The notes under the pieces: model-generated | What the model saw: the letters and a program-made list of their open reading frames with translations, nothing else | Databases searched by the model: none | Told to the model about the DNA's origin: nothing | Assembly (NCBI GenBank): GCA_020724805.1 | Contig: DYGI01000002.1 | Location: forward strand, 23,582-87,581 | Direction: 5' to 3' | Length of the DNA: 64,000 bases | DNA from: Candidatus Microgenomatus sp. | GTDB lineage: Bacteria > Patescibacteriota > Minisyncoccia > UBA6257 > GWB1-50-10 | Program-made: the position numbers and the translations under genes | Shown: positions 9,451 through 17,524 of the stretch, in pieces | How the letters are laid out: each line of letters starts with the position of its first letter | Position numbering within the stretch: the first letter of the stretch is position 1

Positions 9451-9603
9451 CCCGCACACTCCTTTCCTTCCGTTCAGTTCAGTGATTTGTGATTGTTAAT
9501 ATTGCCCCTGTATTATACCAAATTATACAAAAAAGTCAAATTTTATGCGGGTTTTGGAGGAAATAATGTTTGTGGATAAGTTTTCATGAGAAGATACCAG
9601 AAT

Positions 9604-9712
9604 TTGGTATACTAGGTTTCGAAGAGCAATGAACTTGCCCTTCGCGTGAAGTAAGTGAGGTACTTCGCGCCGCGAGTGAGGGCCGCCTTCGGGCGGCCCT
9701 CGCTGTTTGTTG
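9604..9712 (+). ncRNA. Candidate small RNA of about 90 nt: extended -10 promoter (TGGTATACT, 9604-9612), then a transcript ending in a GC stem with UUCG tetraloop and a U-run (9672-9712)
   Basis: No ORF longer than 6 codons (ATGAACTTGCCCTTCGCGTGA). The terminator is AGTGAGGGCCGCC-TTCG-GGCGGCCCTCGCT followed by GTTTGTTG. The same TGGTATACT box drives the leaderless gene at 12415. Confidence 0.3.
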
Positions 9713-9782
9713 AAATCGTCGCGTGAAACTCATATTGATTTTTACCTACCTCCCACCTCTACCGTCTCGGCAGTCAAAGAAT

Positions 9783-9810
9783 TTGCGATAGCGAGGTGGT
9801 GCGGTATAAT
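9783..9810 (+). promoter_or_regulatory. Sigma-70-type promoter for gene 9860-10186
   Basis: TTGCGA, 16-nt spacer, TATAAT. Downstream are AAGGAGG (9848-9854) and the ATG at 9860. Confidence 0.55.
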
Positions 9811-9859
9811 CACCGCAGAAGGTACGTATTCACATCACTTGCCGACATAAGGAGGTCCC

Positions 9860-10186
9860 ATGGCCACGTTCCATTGCTGGGCCGACCGTGCGTCGCTCAC
9901 CGACAGTGAGCTCACGAGTGACGACCGAGCACGGGGAGCGGTCGCCGCTTGCCCCGAGTGTGGAAGGTTATACGACGAACATGGCAGAGAGCTGGGCGCG
10001 CCCGTTTCTGTATCTGTCACGGTACGCGCCTCATCAGCCCTGCCGTTTTCCGCAGAGGAGGAAAAACCGCGCGTCGAGAAAAAACCGCGCGCGAAGAAAA
10101 TGAACGCTGCGGAACGGAAGAAGATGCTTCTTCAGAAGCGCCTGAGGCTCGAGCAGCGGCACAACCCGTATTTTCCTGGGAGATGA
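9860..10186 (+). CDS. Hypothetical small protein with a CxxC zinc-ribbon-like motif and a Lys/Arg-rich tail
   Basis: 108 aa with strong SD (AAGGAGG, 5 nt before the ATG). Reads CPECGRLYDEHGRE. The C-terminus is basic (KKPRAKKMNAAERKKMLLQKRLRLEQRH). A terminator-like hairpin plus T-run lies at 10196-10245. Confidence 0.5.
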   Translation: MATFHCWADRASLTDSELTSDDRARGAVAACPECGRLYDEHGRELGAPVSVSVTVRASSALPFSAEEEKPRVEKKPRAKKMNAAERKKMLLQKRLRLEQRHNPYFPGR

Positions 10187-10255
10187 TTGCTCATATACCC
10201 CATCCGTATCCGAAAGGATATAGATGGGGTTTTTCTTTTTGGGGGCGGGGAGGAT

Positions 10256-11500
10256 ATGCTGATTCGTATGGACGCGAAAAAACTTTGGAAAAAGATGCCG
10301 GAGACGCCCGGCGTGTACCTCATGCGCGATGCGCGTGGCGTACTCCTTTATATAGGCAAGGCCGCGAACTTGCGCCGAAGGGTGCAAAGCTATTTCACGC
10401 GCCCGCACGATGCGCGCATTTCAAAACTTGTCACGCTCATCAGGAAAATTGACCATAAAAAGACCGAAACAGCGCTTGAGGCGCTCATAGTGGAAGCGGC
10501 GCTCATCAAAAAATTTCAGCCTCCCTACAACGTACAGGAAAAGGACGACACAAGCTTTCTCTACGTTGTTTTTACCAAAGAAAAATTTCCGCGTCTAATA
10601 TTGACCCGCGGCAAGGAGGTACGAAAATCGCGCGGCGACATATTCGGGCCGTTCATCCAAGGGGGGAGCGTGCGCGAGGCGCTCCGCATGCTCCGGCGGA
10701 TTTTCCCGTGGAGCATCCACCCTTCGGCTGAGCTTAGGGCAGGTAAGTGGAAGCGGCCGTGCTTTGAATACGAGCTCGGGCTTTGCCCCGGGACGTGCGT
10801 GGGCGCGGCGGACCCGAAAGAATATGCGGCGAACATCCGCCACCTGAAGCAGCTTTTTCAGGGAAAGAGGAAGGCGATACTTCGCGAACTGGAACGGGCG
10901 ATGAAAGAAGCGGCGAAGCGGGAGGAATTTGAAAAAGCAGCCGTCTATCGGAAGCAGTTATTTGCGTTGAAGCACGTTCAGGATATCGCGCTCATCAAGG
11001 ACAGTGAATTTGCTCTTCCCGGCGTACCGATCAAGGCGTTGCGTATCGAGGGATACGATGTCTCGAACATTTCAGGCACGTCCGCGACTGGCAGTATGGT
11101 GGTGTTCCGGGGCGACCAACCGGCGAAAGACGAATATCGCCTTTTTAAGATTCACTCACTTGATACGCCGAACGACGTGGGGATGCTCCGCGAGATATTG
11201 ACGCGGCGGTTCAAAAACCACTGGCCGTTGCCGGACCTCATTCTGATAGACGGAGGAAAAGGACAGGTGAATGCGGCGCGCGCCGCGATGAAAGACGCAG
11301 GACTTGCGATTCCTATCGTGGGGCTCGCGAAGGGACCAACGCGGAAGCGGACGGATGTGATAGGCCCTTCGACGGGCTCAGGACAGGGGAGATTACCGAA
11401 AGGTGTATCGCTGCGCACGCTCGTGCGCGTACGCGACGAAGCACACCGCTTCGCGAGAAGTTTCCATATTCGTCTGCGCAGTAAACATATATGGAGATAA
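10256..11500 (+). CDS. uvrC: Excinuclease ABC subunit C (UvrC), short form lacking the C-terminal (HhH)2 domain
   Basis: The GIY-YIG N-terminus (MDAKKLWKKMPETPGVYLMRDARGVLLYIGKAANLRRRVQSYF) matches UvrC. UvrB-interaction and RNaseH-like nuclease regions are present. The protein ends at about 415 aa. I moved the start to the ATG at 10256; the ORF-track start at 10187 sits inside a 5' hairpin. Confidence 0.8.
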   Translation: MLIRMDAKKLWKKMPETPGVYLMRDARGVLLYIGKAANLRRRVQSYFTRPHDARISKLVTLIRKIDHKKTETALEALIVEAALIKKFQPPYNVQEKDDTSFLYVVFTKEKFPRLILTRGKEVRKSRGDIFGPFIQGGSVREALRMLRRIFPWSIHPSAELRAGKWKRPCFEYELGLCPGTCVGAADPKEYAANIRHLKQLFQGKRKAILRELERAMKEAAKREEFEKAAVYRKQLFALKHVQDIALIKDSEFALPGVPIKALRIEGYDVSNISGTSATGSMVVFRGDQPAKDEYRLFKIHSLDTPNDVGMLREILTRRFKNHWPLPDLILIDGGKGQVNAARAAMKDAGLAIPIVGLAKGPTRKRTDVIGPSTGSGQGRLPKGVSLRTLVRVRDEAHRFARSFHIRLRSKHIWR

Positions 11501-11504
11501 CAGC

Positions 11505-11534
11505 TTCAATTTGGGCCATATGGCCCAAATTGAA
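11505..11534. terminator. Perfect 30-nt palindrome between convergent genes (uvrC and 11581-11934), putatively a bidirectional terminator
   Basis: TTCAATTTGGGCCAT|ATGGCCCAAATTGAA, where the right half is the exact reverse complement of the left. Confidence 0.45.
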
Positions 11535-11580
11535 ACATGTGGATTGAGCCCTCGGACGCACAACGAAAAACCGCGTATTG

Positions 11581-11934
11581 CTACGCGGCTTCGGAAAGTT
11601 CTTCCGGTCCTGCGGAACGCTCCAAACCGTATTTTTCCTCGGCGCTTCGCGCGGCATCCTTTGCCACGTCGGTGAAATCCTGGAATGCCGCCGAGCAGAA
11701 TTCTATTTCGTCCACAAAGCGCGCAGCAATCTCGCGTGCAAACTCCTCACCTTCCTCGGCCTTCGCGACACCGATTGCGCGGTCGATGAATGCCGCAAGG
11801 TCCTGTTCCACGAGACCTCGCTCGCCGCGGCGGAGTTGTTCCAGATGTTTTTTGGTGAATTCACCAAGAAGCACCGACACGAGCTCTCCCGCTACCTCCT
11901 TCGAGGTTTTCGATTCCGATTCCGGCGCGTGCAT
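11581..11934 (-). CDS. Hypothetical acidic, helical protein
   Basis: Open to 12027 from a GTG. The best start is the ATG at 11934 (MHAPESESK...), with AAGGA 9 nt upstream. Alternative + strand frames translate to low-complexity S/R-rich sequence. Confidence 0.45.
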   Translation of the reverse strand: MHAPESESKTSKEVAGELVSVLLGEFTKKHLEQLRRGERGLVEQDLAAFIDRAIGVAKAEEGEEFAREIAARFVDEIEFCSAAFQDFTDVAKDAARSAEEKYGLERSAGPEELSEAA

Positions 11935-12030
11935 TTGCTCCATTCCTTTCATATCGCCATTTTCATCCCGCGCGTATAAAAAAACAAGCCCGGTACCACC
12001 ACCCTTGTGGTGGTACCGGGCACGCACACA

Positions 12031-12312
12031 TCAGCTCCCATAAAGACGGAATATGCGATTCCGTACGCGTCGCAAGCCGTCTGCACCGTCCTCCTGGTAT
12101 GCTTCGCCGCACTCGGTGCAGAGACCCGGAGTGAGTGCGCTTTCCACGCGTGTGGATGTATGTTCGCGGCAGTAGTCCCGTCCGCAGTTCGTGCACGGAG
12201 CGTCACCGAACTGCTTGTCGAACATGTGGTATTTCTTGCCGATCGTGCATCGCGCCGTACCGACCTTCTCGGGCAGTACGACGACGTCTCGGCTCATAGG
12301 AACATTTCTCAT
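12031..12312 (-). CDS. Hypothetical Cys-rich (zinc-ribbon-like) small protein
   Basis: 93 aa from the ATG at 12312, which has AAGGAGG 5 nt upstream. Six Cys lie in CxxC-like pairs (CTNCGRDYC, CTECG). Confidence 0.5.
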   Translation of the reverse strand: MRNVPMSRDVVVLPEKVGTARCTIGKKYHMFDKQFGDAPCTNCGRDYCREHTSTRVESALTPGLCTECGEAYQEDGADGLRRVRNRIFRLYGS

Positions 12313-12414
12313 GCACACCTCCTTCAATGAGTGAATAAATACTTCTATTCGGAGAATATCGCGTGCGGCAAGCGTTGTAAAGGCGATGAGCGATAGCGTG
12401 GTATACTAACCCTA

Positions 12415-13098
12415 ATGCCACTCTTTCATACGAGCGAACCGGAAAAAACCGCCGCTATTCAAAATCTTTTTGCGGCCAGTACGCCGAGCCCCGCATTCTT
12501 TTTCATGGTAGTCTGCTCCGTAATCGTTGCGGTGCTTGGCGTCCTTATCAACAACATTCCCATCGTTATCGGAAGCATGTTAATTGCACCGCTTCTTTCT
12601 CCGGTGCTTTCTTTTGCGCTTGGCATTGTGATTGCGGACTTTTCCCTTGTGGCGCGTTCCGGACTCATCATTATGCGCTCCATTGTGTTTGCACTGGTGG
12701 GCGCGATTATCGTTTCGTTTCTTTTTGGCGGTCTTGCATTCCCCGCGCTTCTTCTCGCAACCGCCGAGCCTTCCATCGCCTATCTTGTGGTTTCGTTTGT
12801 GGCGGGTGCCGCGGCATCGTTTGCATTCATTAAAGAGCAGCTTTCGGTGACGCTTCCGGGAATCGCCATTGCGGTAACTCTTATCCCGCCGCTTGCGGTA
12901 ACAGGCATCGCGCTTGCGGGACTTGAAATAGAAATTGTAAGCCGCGCATTTCTTCTTTTTCTTGTTAACATGGCGGGTATCGTGTTTGGAAGTATGGTGG
13001 TGTTTGCGCTCGCGAATTTCCACACCAAAAAAGAATTTGCCGCGCGCGAGGTGAAAAAAGAAGAGAAGCAATTAGAGAAAGAAAACGAAAAGAAATGA
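12415..13098 (+). CDS. DUF389-family integral membrane protein
   Basis: 227 aa and multi-TM, with an IGSMLIAPLLSP motif and a Lys/Glu-rich C-terminal tail. It is leaderless: TGGTATACT at 12399-12407, then the ATG 7 nt later. Confidence 0.6.
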   Translation: MPLFHTSEPEKTAAIQNLFAASTPSPAFFFMVVCSVIVAVLGVLINNIPIVIGSMLIAPLLSPVLSFALGIVIADFSLVARSGLIIMRSIVFALVGAIIVSFLFGGLAFPALLLATAEPSIAYLVVSFVAGAAASFAFIKEQLSVTLPGIAIAVTLIPPLAVTGIALAGLEIEIVSRAFLLFLVNMAGIVFGSMVVFALANFHTKKEFAAREVKKEEKQLEKENEKK

Positions 13099-14774
13099 GC
13101 GGTATGCAGGAAGCACTCATTGCCGCGCTTATGGGTGTGGTGAAAGGCGAAGTGGCAGCCGACGAAGCAACGCGTGCGAAATATGCGCGTGATGCGAGTT
13201 TGTTTGAAGTAACCCCTGCGGCTGTTGTGTCGCCGCGCGATGTGGAAGACGTAAAAGCGCTTGTGCGGTACGCGACCGAGCGCGCACAGGCGGGAGAGAA
13301 AATCTCGCTCACCGCGCGGGGCGGCGGAAGCTGTATGAGCGGCGGTCCGCTTACCGAATCGCTCGTGCTCGATTTCACGAAGCACATGAACCGAATTTTC
13401 GAGGTGGGTGACCGCGTGAATGTGACTGGCGGGCCGCCCGAAGGGTACGCGACCGCGGAGCCAGGGTGCTTTTACCGCGATTTCGAGAAAGCGACGCTCG
13501 CCAAAGGCTATCTCATGCCGGCATACCCCGCTTCACGCGAGATGTGCGCCTTGGGTGGCATGGTGGGGAACGATGCCGCAGGGGAGAAGACGTTGAAGTA
13601 CGGCAAGGTACATGACTTTGTGACGAAGTTGAAAGCAGTGCTCGCGGACGGGAACGAATATGAGCTAAAGCCGCTTTCCGCAGCCGAGCTTGCCACAAAA
13701 GAATCACTCGGCACGTTTGAGGGAGAAATATACAAAAAGCTCCACGGGCTTATTGAGACAAACTACGACAAAGTGAAAGCGGCGAAGCCGAATGTCGCGA
13801 AGAACTCCGCCGGGTACAACCTATGGGACGTGTGGGACAGGAAGACGTTCGATATCACCAAGCTTTTTATCGGTTCGCAGGGAACGCTCGGCATCACGAC
13901 CGAAGTTACGTTTCGGCTCATTAAACCCGAAGCTCACTCAGGGATGCTCGTCATTTTTCTTAAAGAGCTCGCGCCCTTAGCCGATATCGTAAACGTCATT
14001 CTCCCTCTGAAGCCCACCAGCGTGGAGTCGTTCGACCGGCATACCTTCCGGCTCGCCCTGAAGCACTTCACCGGTTTTTTCAAACTTTTTGCGAGGAACC
14101 CCTTCTCACTTCTCTTTGCGTTCATCCCCGAAGCGCTCACCGTGCTTTTCAAAGGACTTCCCGCCTTCGTTCTCATGGTGGAGTTCGAGGAAGAGAATCA
14201 AAAGGCCGTTCTTGAAAGGCTCGTTGCTTTGAAACGTGCCCTGCCGCCCTTTCAAGGGACCGTGCGGATACTCCCTTCCGCACGCGCCGCGCGAAAGTTT
14301 TGGATTATCCGGCGGGAAAGTTTCAACCTTCTCCGCCATAAGGTGAAGGGGCTCGGCACCGCGCCCTTCATCGATGATATCGTGGTGCGACCCGAACATC
14401 TTCCGAAATTTCTCCCCGAGCTCTATGCGATACTCGAGCGGTACGGTTTCCTCGCCACCGTGGCGGGGCATGTGGGGGAGGGAAATTTTCATGTGATTCC
14501 CCTCATGAAACTTTCGGACGAAGCGGAACGCGCGAAGATAAAGCCCGCGATGGACGAAGTGTATGCGCTCGTTCTCCGCTATCACGGCTCGATTACCGGC
14601 GAACATAACGACGGATTGGTGCGGAGCCCGTATCTTAAAGACATGTTCGGCGCCGATATTTATGCGCTTTTCGAAGAGGTCAAGCGGATATTCGACCCTC
14701 ACCACATTTTCAACCCGGGAAAGAAAGTTGGTTCGGACATAAACTACGCGCTTCGGCACATGAAGCGGGGATAA
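13095..14774 (+). CDS. FAD-linked oxidase (GlcD/D-lactate dehydrogenase-like FAD-binding oxidoreductase)
   Basis: 559 aa. N-terminal FAD_binding_4 signature (ARGGGSCMSGGPL). Start overlaps the upstream stop (ATGA). Confidence 0.7.
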   Translation: MSGMQEALIAALMGVVKGEVAADEATRAKYARDASLFEVTPAAVVSPRDVEDVKALVRYATERAQAGEKISLTARGGGSCMSGGPLTESLVLDFTKHMNRIFEVGDRVNVTGGPPEGYATAEPGCFYRDFEKATLAKGYLMPAYPASREMCALGGMVGNDAAGEKTLKYGKVHDFVTKLKAVLADGNEYELKPLSAAELATKESLGTFEGEIYKKLHGLIETNYDKVKAAKPNVAKNSAGYNLWDVWDRKTFDITKLFIGSQGTLGITTEVTFRLIKPEAHSGMLVIFLKELAPLADIVNVILPLKPTSVESFDRHTFRLALKHFTGFFKLFARNPFSLLFAFIPEALTVLFKGLPAFVLMVEFEEENQKAVLERLVALKRALPPFQGTVRILPSARAARKFWIIRRESFNLLRHKVKGLGTAPFIDDIVVRPEHLPKFLPELYAILERYGFLATVAGHVGEGNFHVIPLMKLSDEAERAKIKPAMDEVYALVLRYHGSITGEHNDGLVRSPYLKDMFGADIYALFEEVKRIFDPHHIFNPGKKVGSDINYALRHMKRG

Positions 14775-14777
14775 ACG

Positions 14778-17471
14778 ATGAGACGTTGGTACGAAGAAAC
14801 CGTTCCCGCCGTATGGGCCCATACGGGGAGCGCAATGACCGGACTCCCGGAAGAAGAGGCCGCACGGCGGCTCCAGGTGGCGGGGCCCAATGTGTTGCCG
14901 GAGCCGCCTTCGCGCGGCCCCGTTTCCATTTTTATCGACCAGTTTCGGAGCCCGCTCATCTATCTCCTTCTCGTGGCGGGCGCCATCCTCGCATTTCTCG
15001 GTGATTTTACCGATGGCGTGATCGTCGGCGGGGTGCTTCTCATTAATGCGATCATAGGCGCGGTCCAGGAGGGGCGTGCGCAAAACACGCTCCGGGCGCT
15101 CCAAAAATTCGTTGAGACGAAAGCCACCGTCGTGCGCGGAGGGCGCGAGAGGGTCATCCCGGACCGGGATGTCGCGCCGGGCGATGTGGTGGTGCTGACC
15201 GAGGGCGAGAAGGTACCCGCAGACCTTCGTGTGGTCGTAGCGCATGACCTTCGTGCGAACGAGTCCGCATTGACCGGCGAATCGGAGCCGGTCCACAAGA
15301 CGGACGCGGCGCTCGCTCCCCGCGCGAAGGATGCCCTGCCGCTCTCCGCGCAGGAAAATATGGTTTTTCGCGGTACCACCATCGTGGGCGGGAACGGCTT
15401 CGGTGTCGCGGTCGCGACCGGGAGCGATACCGAACTCGGGAAAATATCGGAGGCCATTGTGGGGCTCGATACCGAGATTCCTCTCAAGGGAAACCTTCGC
15501 GTGTTGGCGCGCGTGCTTACGGTCGGCACTATAGTGTTCCTCTTTCTTCTGTTTTTGGTCGGTGTGTTCCTCTACGACTATTCATACGTTCATATGTTCA
15601 CGCTCGGCGTGGCGCTCGCGGTTTCCTTCATCCCCGAGGGGTTGCCGGTGGCGCTCACCCTTATCCTCGCGACTGGCGTGTGGCGCATGGCAAAGCAAAA
15701 CGCGCTTGTGAAAAAACTCCATGCGGTCGAGGCGCTTGGCCAAGCCCGTATCATTGCGGTCGACAAAACCGGCACCCTTACGAGAAACGAGCTCCTCGTG
15801 ACCGAGGTGGTATCGTGCGGAACGAAGTTCCGCATTACCGGAGAAGGATATGAGCCGGTGGGTGCGTTCTTTAACGAAAAAAAGGAAGCTGTGGAGCCTC
15901 TGCGCAATCGCGTGCTCATGCCCGCGCTTCATGCCGCGGCGTTCACCGCGACCGCGCGCCTTTCCTACGACGAAGGTTCGAAACAATGGCGAGTGGGAGG
16001 TGACCCCACCGAGGCGGCTCTCCTGGTGCTTGCAGAAAAAGCTGGGCTCCGCGACGCGGCGTGGGAGGCGGCGCACCCGCTCCTCAATGAGGTGCCGTTC
16101 AGTTACATACATAAGTTTCGTGCGGCGGTGCGGAAAGACGACCGGGGCAAGGACGCGCTTTTTGTGATGGGTGCCCCCGAAGCCGTAATGGCGCGCGCAA
16201 AAACTTTTCTTTCCTCGCCGCGGGTCACCGCGCGTTTCACTGCGGGCGAGCGCGAATCGGCGACCGAAACGCTCCACGCGATGCTCCGGCGCGGACTCCG
16301 TGTCCTTGCGTTCGGGTATTCGACAAGGGTTCCGAAAAAACTTTCTACCGAAACTCTGCCGTCGCTTACTTTCGGGGGCTTCATTGGAATGAAGGATGCT
16401 CTTCGGGCTGAGGTACCCGAAGCATTGCGTCGTGCTGAGGCTGCAGGCATGCGGGTGGTGATGGTAACCGGTGACCACAAGCTCACCGCAGAGACCATCG
16501 CGCGCGAGGCGGGGATTTTAAAAAAGAACGGAAAGGTCCTTACCGGCGAGGATATTGAGACGATGACGAGCGAACAAGTAGCGAACGCGCTCGGAGAGAC
16601 GGATGTATTCGCGCGCGTGACTCCAGCACATAAACTTCGGATTATCGAGGCGTTCCGCGCGCGCGGTGAGATCATCGCGATGACAGGTGACGGCGTGAAC
16701 GACGCGCCGCCTTTGGTGGCGGCCGACCTCGGGGTGGCGATGGGACGTTCGGGCACCGAGGTGGCGAAGGAAGCGGCGGACATCGTACTCCTCGACGACA
16801 ACTTCGGGAGCATCGTTTCTGCGGTGGAAGAAGGGAGAAACATTTATCGCACGCTTCGCAAGGTGCTCCAGTATCTCCTCTCGACGAATATGAGCGAGGT
16901 CTTCCTCATCACCTTTGCCATCTTTGCAGGATTCGCACTTCCACTCGTTCCCTCGCAGATCATCTGGCTCAATTTTGTGACCGACACTTTTCTCGTCGCT
17001 GCGCTTGCGATGGAACCGAAGGAACAAGACCTCCTCACGGGGCCCGCCCGGCGCCCGCGGCGCGCGCTCGTAGATGGGCGGATGGCGGCGGAAAGCGTGA
17101 TAATGGGGCTCTTCATGATGGTTGGGACGTTTCTAGTGTTCTTGCGCTATCTCGAGGGTGGGGATCTCATAAAAGCGCAGACTATGGCACTTACCGTGCT
17201 TGCGGCGTTCCAGTGGTTTCGCGCATGGACCATGCGCTCGGACACGCGTTCACTTGCCACCATCCGGCCCGGCACCAATCCGTTCCTCATCGGGGCAACC
17301 GCGCTCGTGGTGGTATTCCAAATCGCCGTGCTCGAGTTTCCATTTCTGAACGAAGTGTTTCATACCACACCGCTCTCTTTACTCGAGTGGGGAATCGCGC
17401 TTCTCGTCGGTCTCACCGTAGTGGGAGCGGATGAAATCCGCCTTTACCTTCGGCGCCGGTTTGCGTGGTAG
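14778..17471 (+). CDS. P-type cation-transporting ATPase (type IIA/IIIB, Ca2+/Mg2+-like)
   Basis: 897 aa with DKTGTLT phosphorylation motif, MTGDGVNDAP hinge, TGES and 10 TM segments. Confidence 0.9.
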   Translation: MRRWYEETVPAVWAHTGSAMTGLPEEEAARRLQVAGPNVLPEPPSRGPVSIFIDQFRSPLIYLLLVAGAILAFLGDFTDGVIVGGVLLINAIIGAVQEGRAQNTLRALQKFVETKATVVRGGRERVIPDRDVAPGDVVVLTEGEKVPADLRVVVAHDLRANESALTGESEPVHKTDAALAPRAKDALPLSAQENMVFRGTTIVGGNGFGVAVATGSDTELGKISEAIVGLDTEIPLKGNLRVLARVLTVGTIVFLFLLFLVGVFLYDYSYVHMFTLGVALAVSFIPEGLPVALTLILATGVWRMAKQNALVKKLHAVEALGQARIIAVDKTGTLTRNELLVTEVVSCGTKFRITGEGYEPVGAFFNEKKEAVEPLRNRVLMPALHAAAFTATARLSYDEGSKQWRVGGDPTEAALLVLAEKAGLRDAAWEAAHPLLNEVPFSYIHKFRAAVRKDDRGKDALFVMGAPEAVMARAKTFLSSPRVTARFTAGERESATETLHAMLRRGLRVLAFGYSTRVPKKLSTETLPSLTFGGFIGMKDALRAEVPEALRRAEAAGMRVVMVTGDHKLTAETIAREAGILKKNGKVLTGEDIETMTSEQVANALGETDVFARVTPAHKLRIIEAFRARGEIIAMTGDGVNDAPPLVAADLGVAMGRSGTEVAKEAADIVLLDDNFGSIVSAVEEGRNIYRTLRKVLQYLLSTNMSEVFLITFAIFAGFALPLVPSQIIWLNFVTDTFLVAALAMEPKEQDLLTGPARRPRRALVDGRMAAESVIMGLFMMVGTFLVFLRYLEGGDLIKAQTMALTVLAAFQWFRAWTMRSDTRSLATIRPGTNPFLIGATALVVVFQIAVLEFPFLNEVFHTTPLSLLEWGIALLVGLTVVGADEIRLYLRRRFAW

Positions 17472-17524
17472 CGGTCTTATGTTGCGCGCGGGGGAAAATT
17501 TGAGTACCCTAAAAGGCGTCATAA

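Noticed and set aside
9570-9590. Single perfect DnaA box (TGTGGATAA) in the AT-rich gap 9480-9620, a possible oriC
   Set aside because: There is only one box. No dnaA or dnaN is nearby and no cluster of boxes or DUE pattern is present. I read it as a promoter region for the BNR gene and the candidate sRNA.
14106-16843. Long minus-strand ORFs (14106-15296, 15582-16478, 16103-16843) antisense to the FAD oxidase and P-type ATPase genes
   Set aside because: Their translations are Arg/Pro/Ser-rich with low complexity and they overlap strongly supported genes on the other strand. They are typical GC-rich shadow ORFs.
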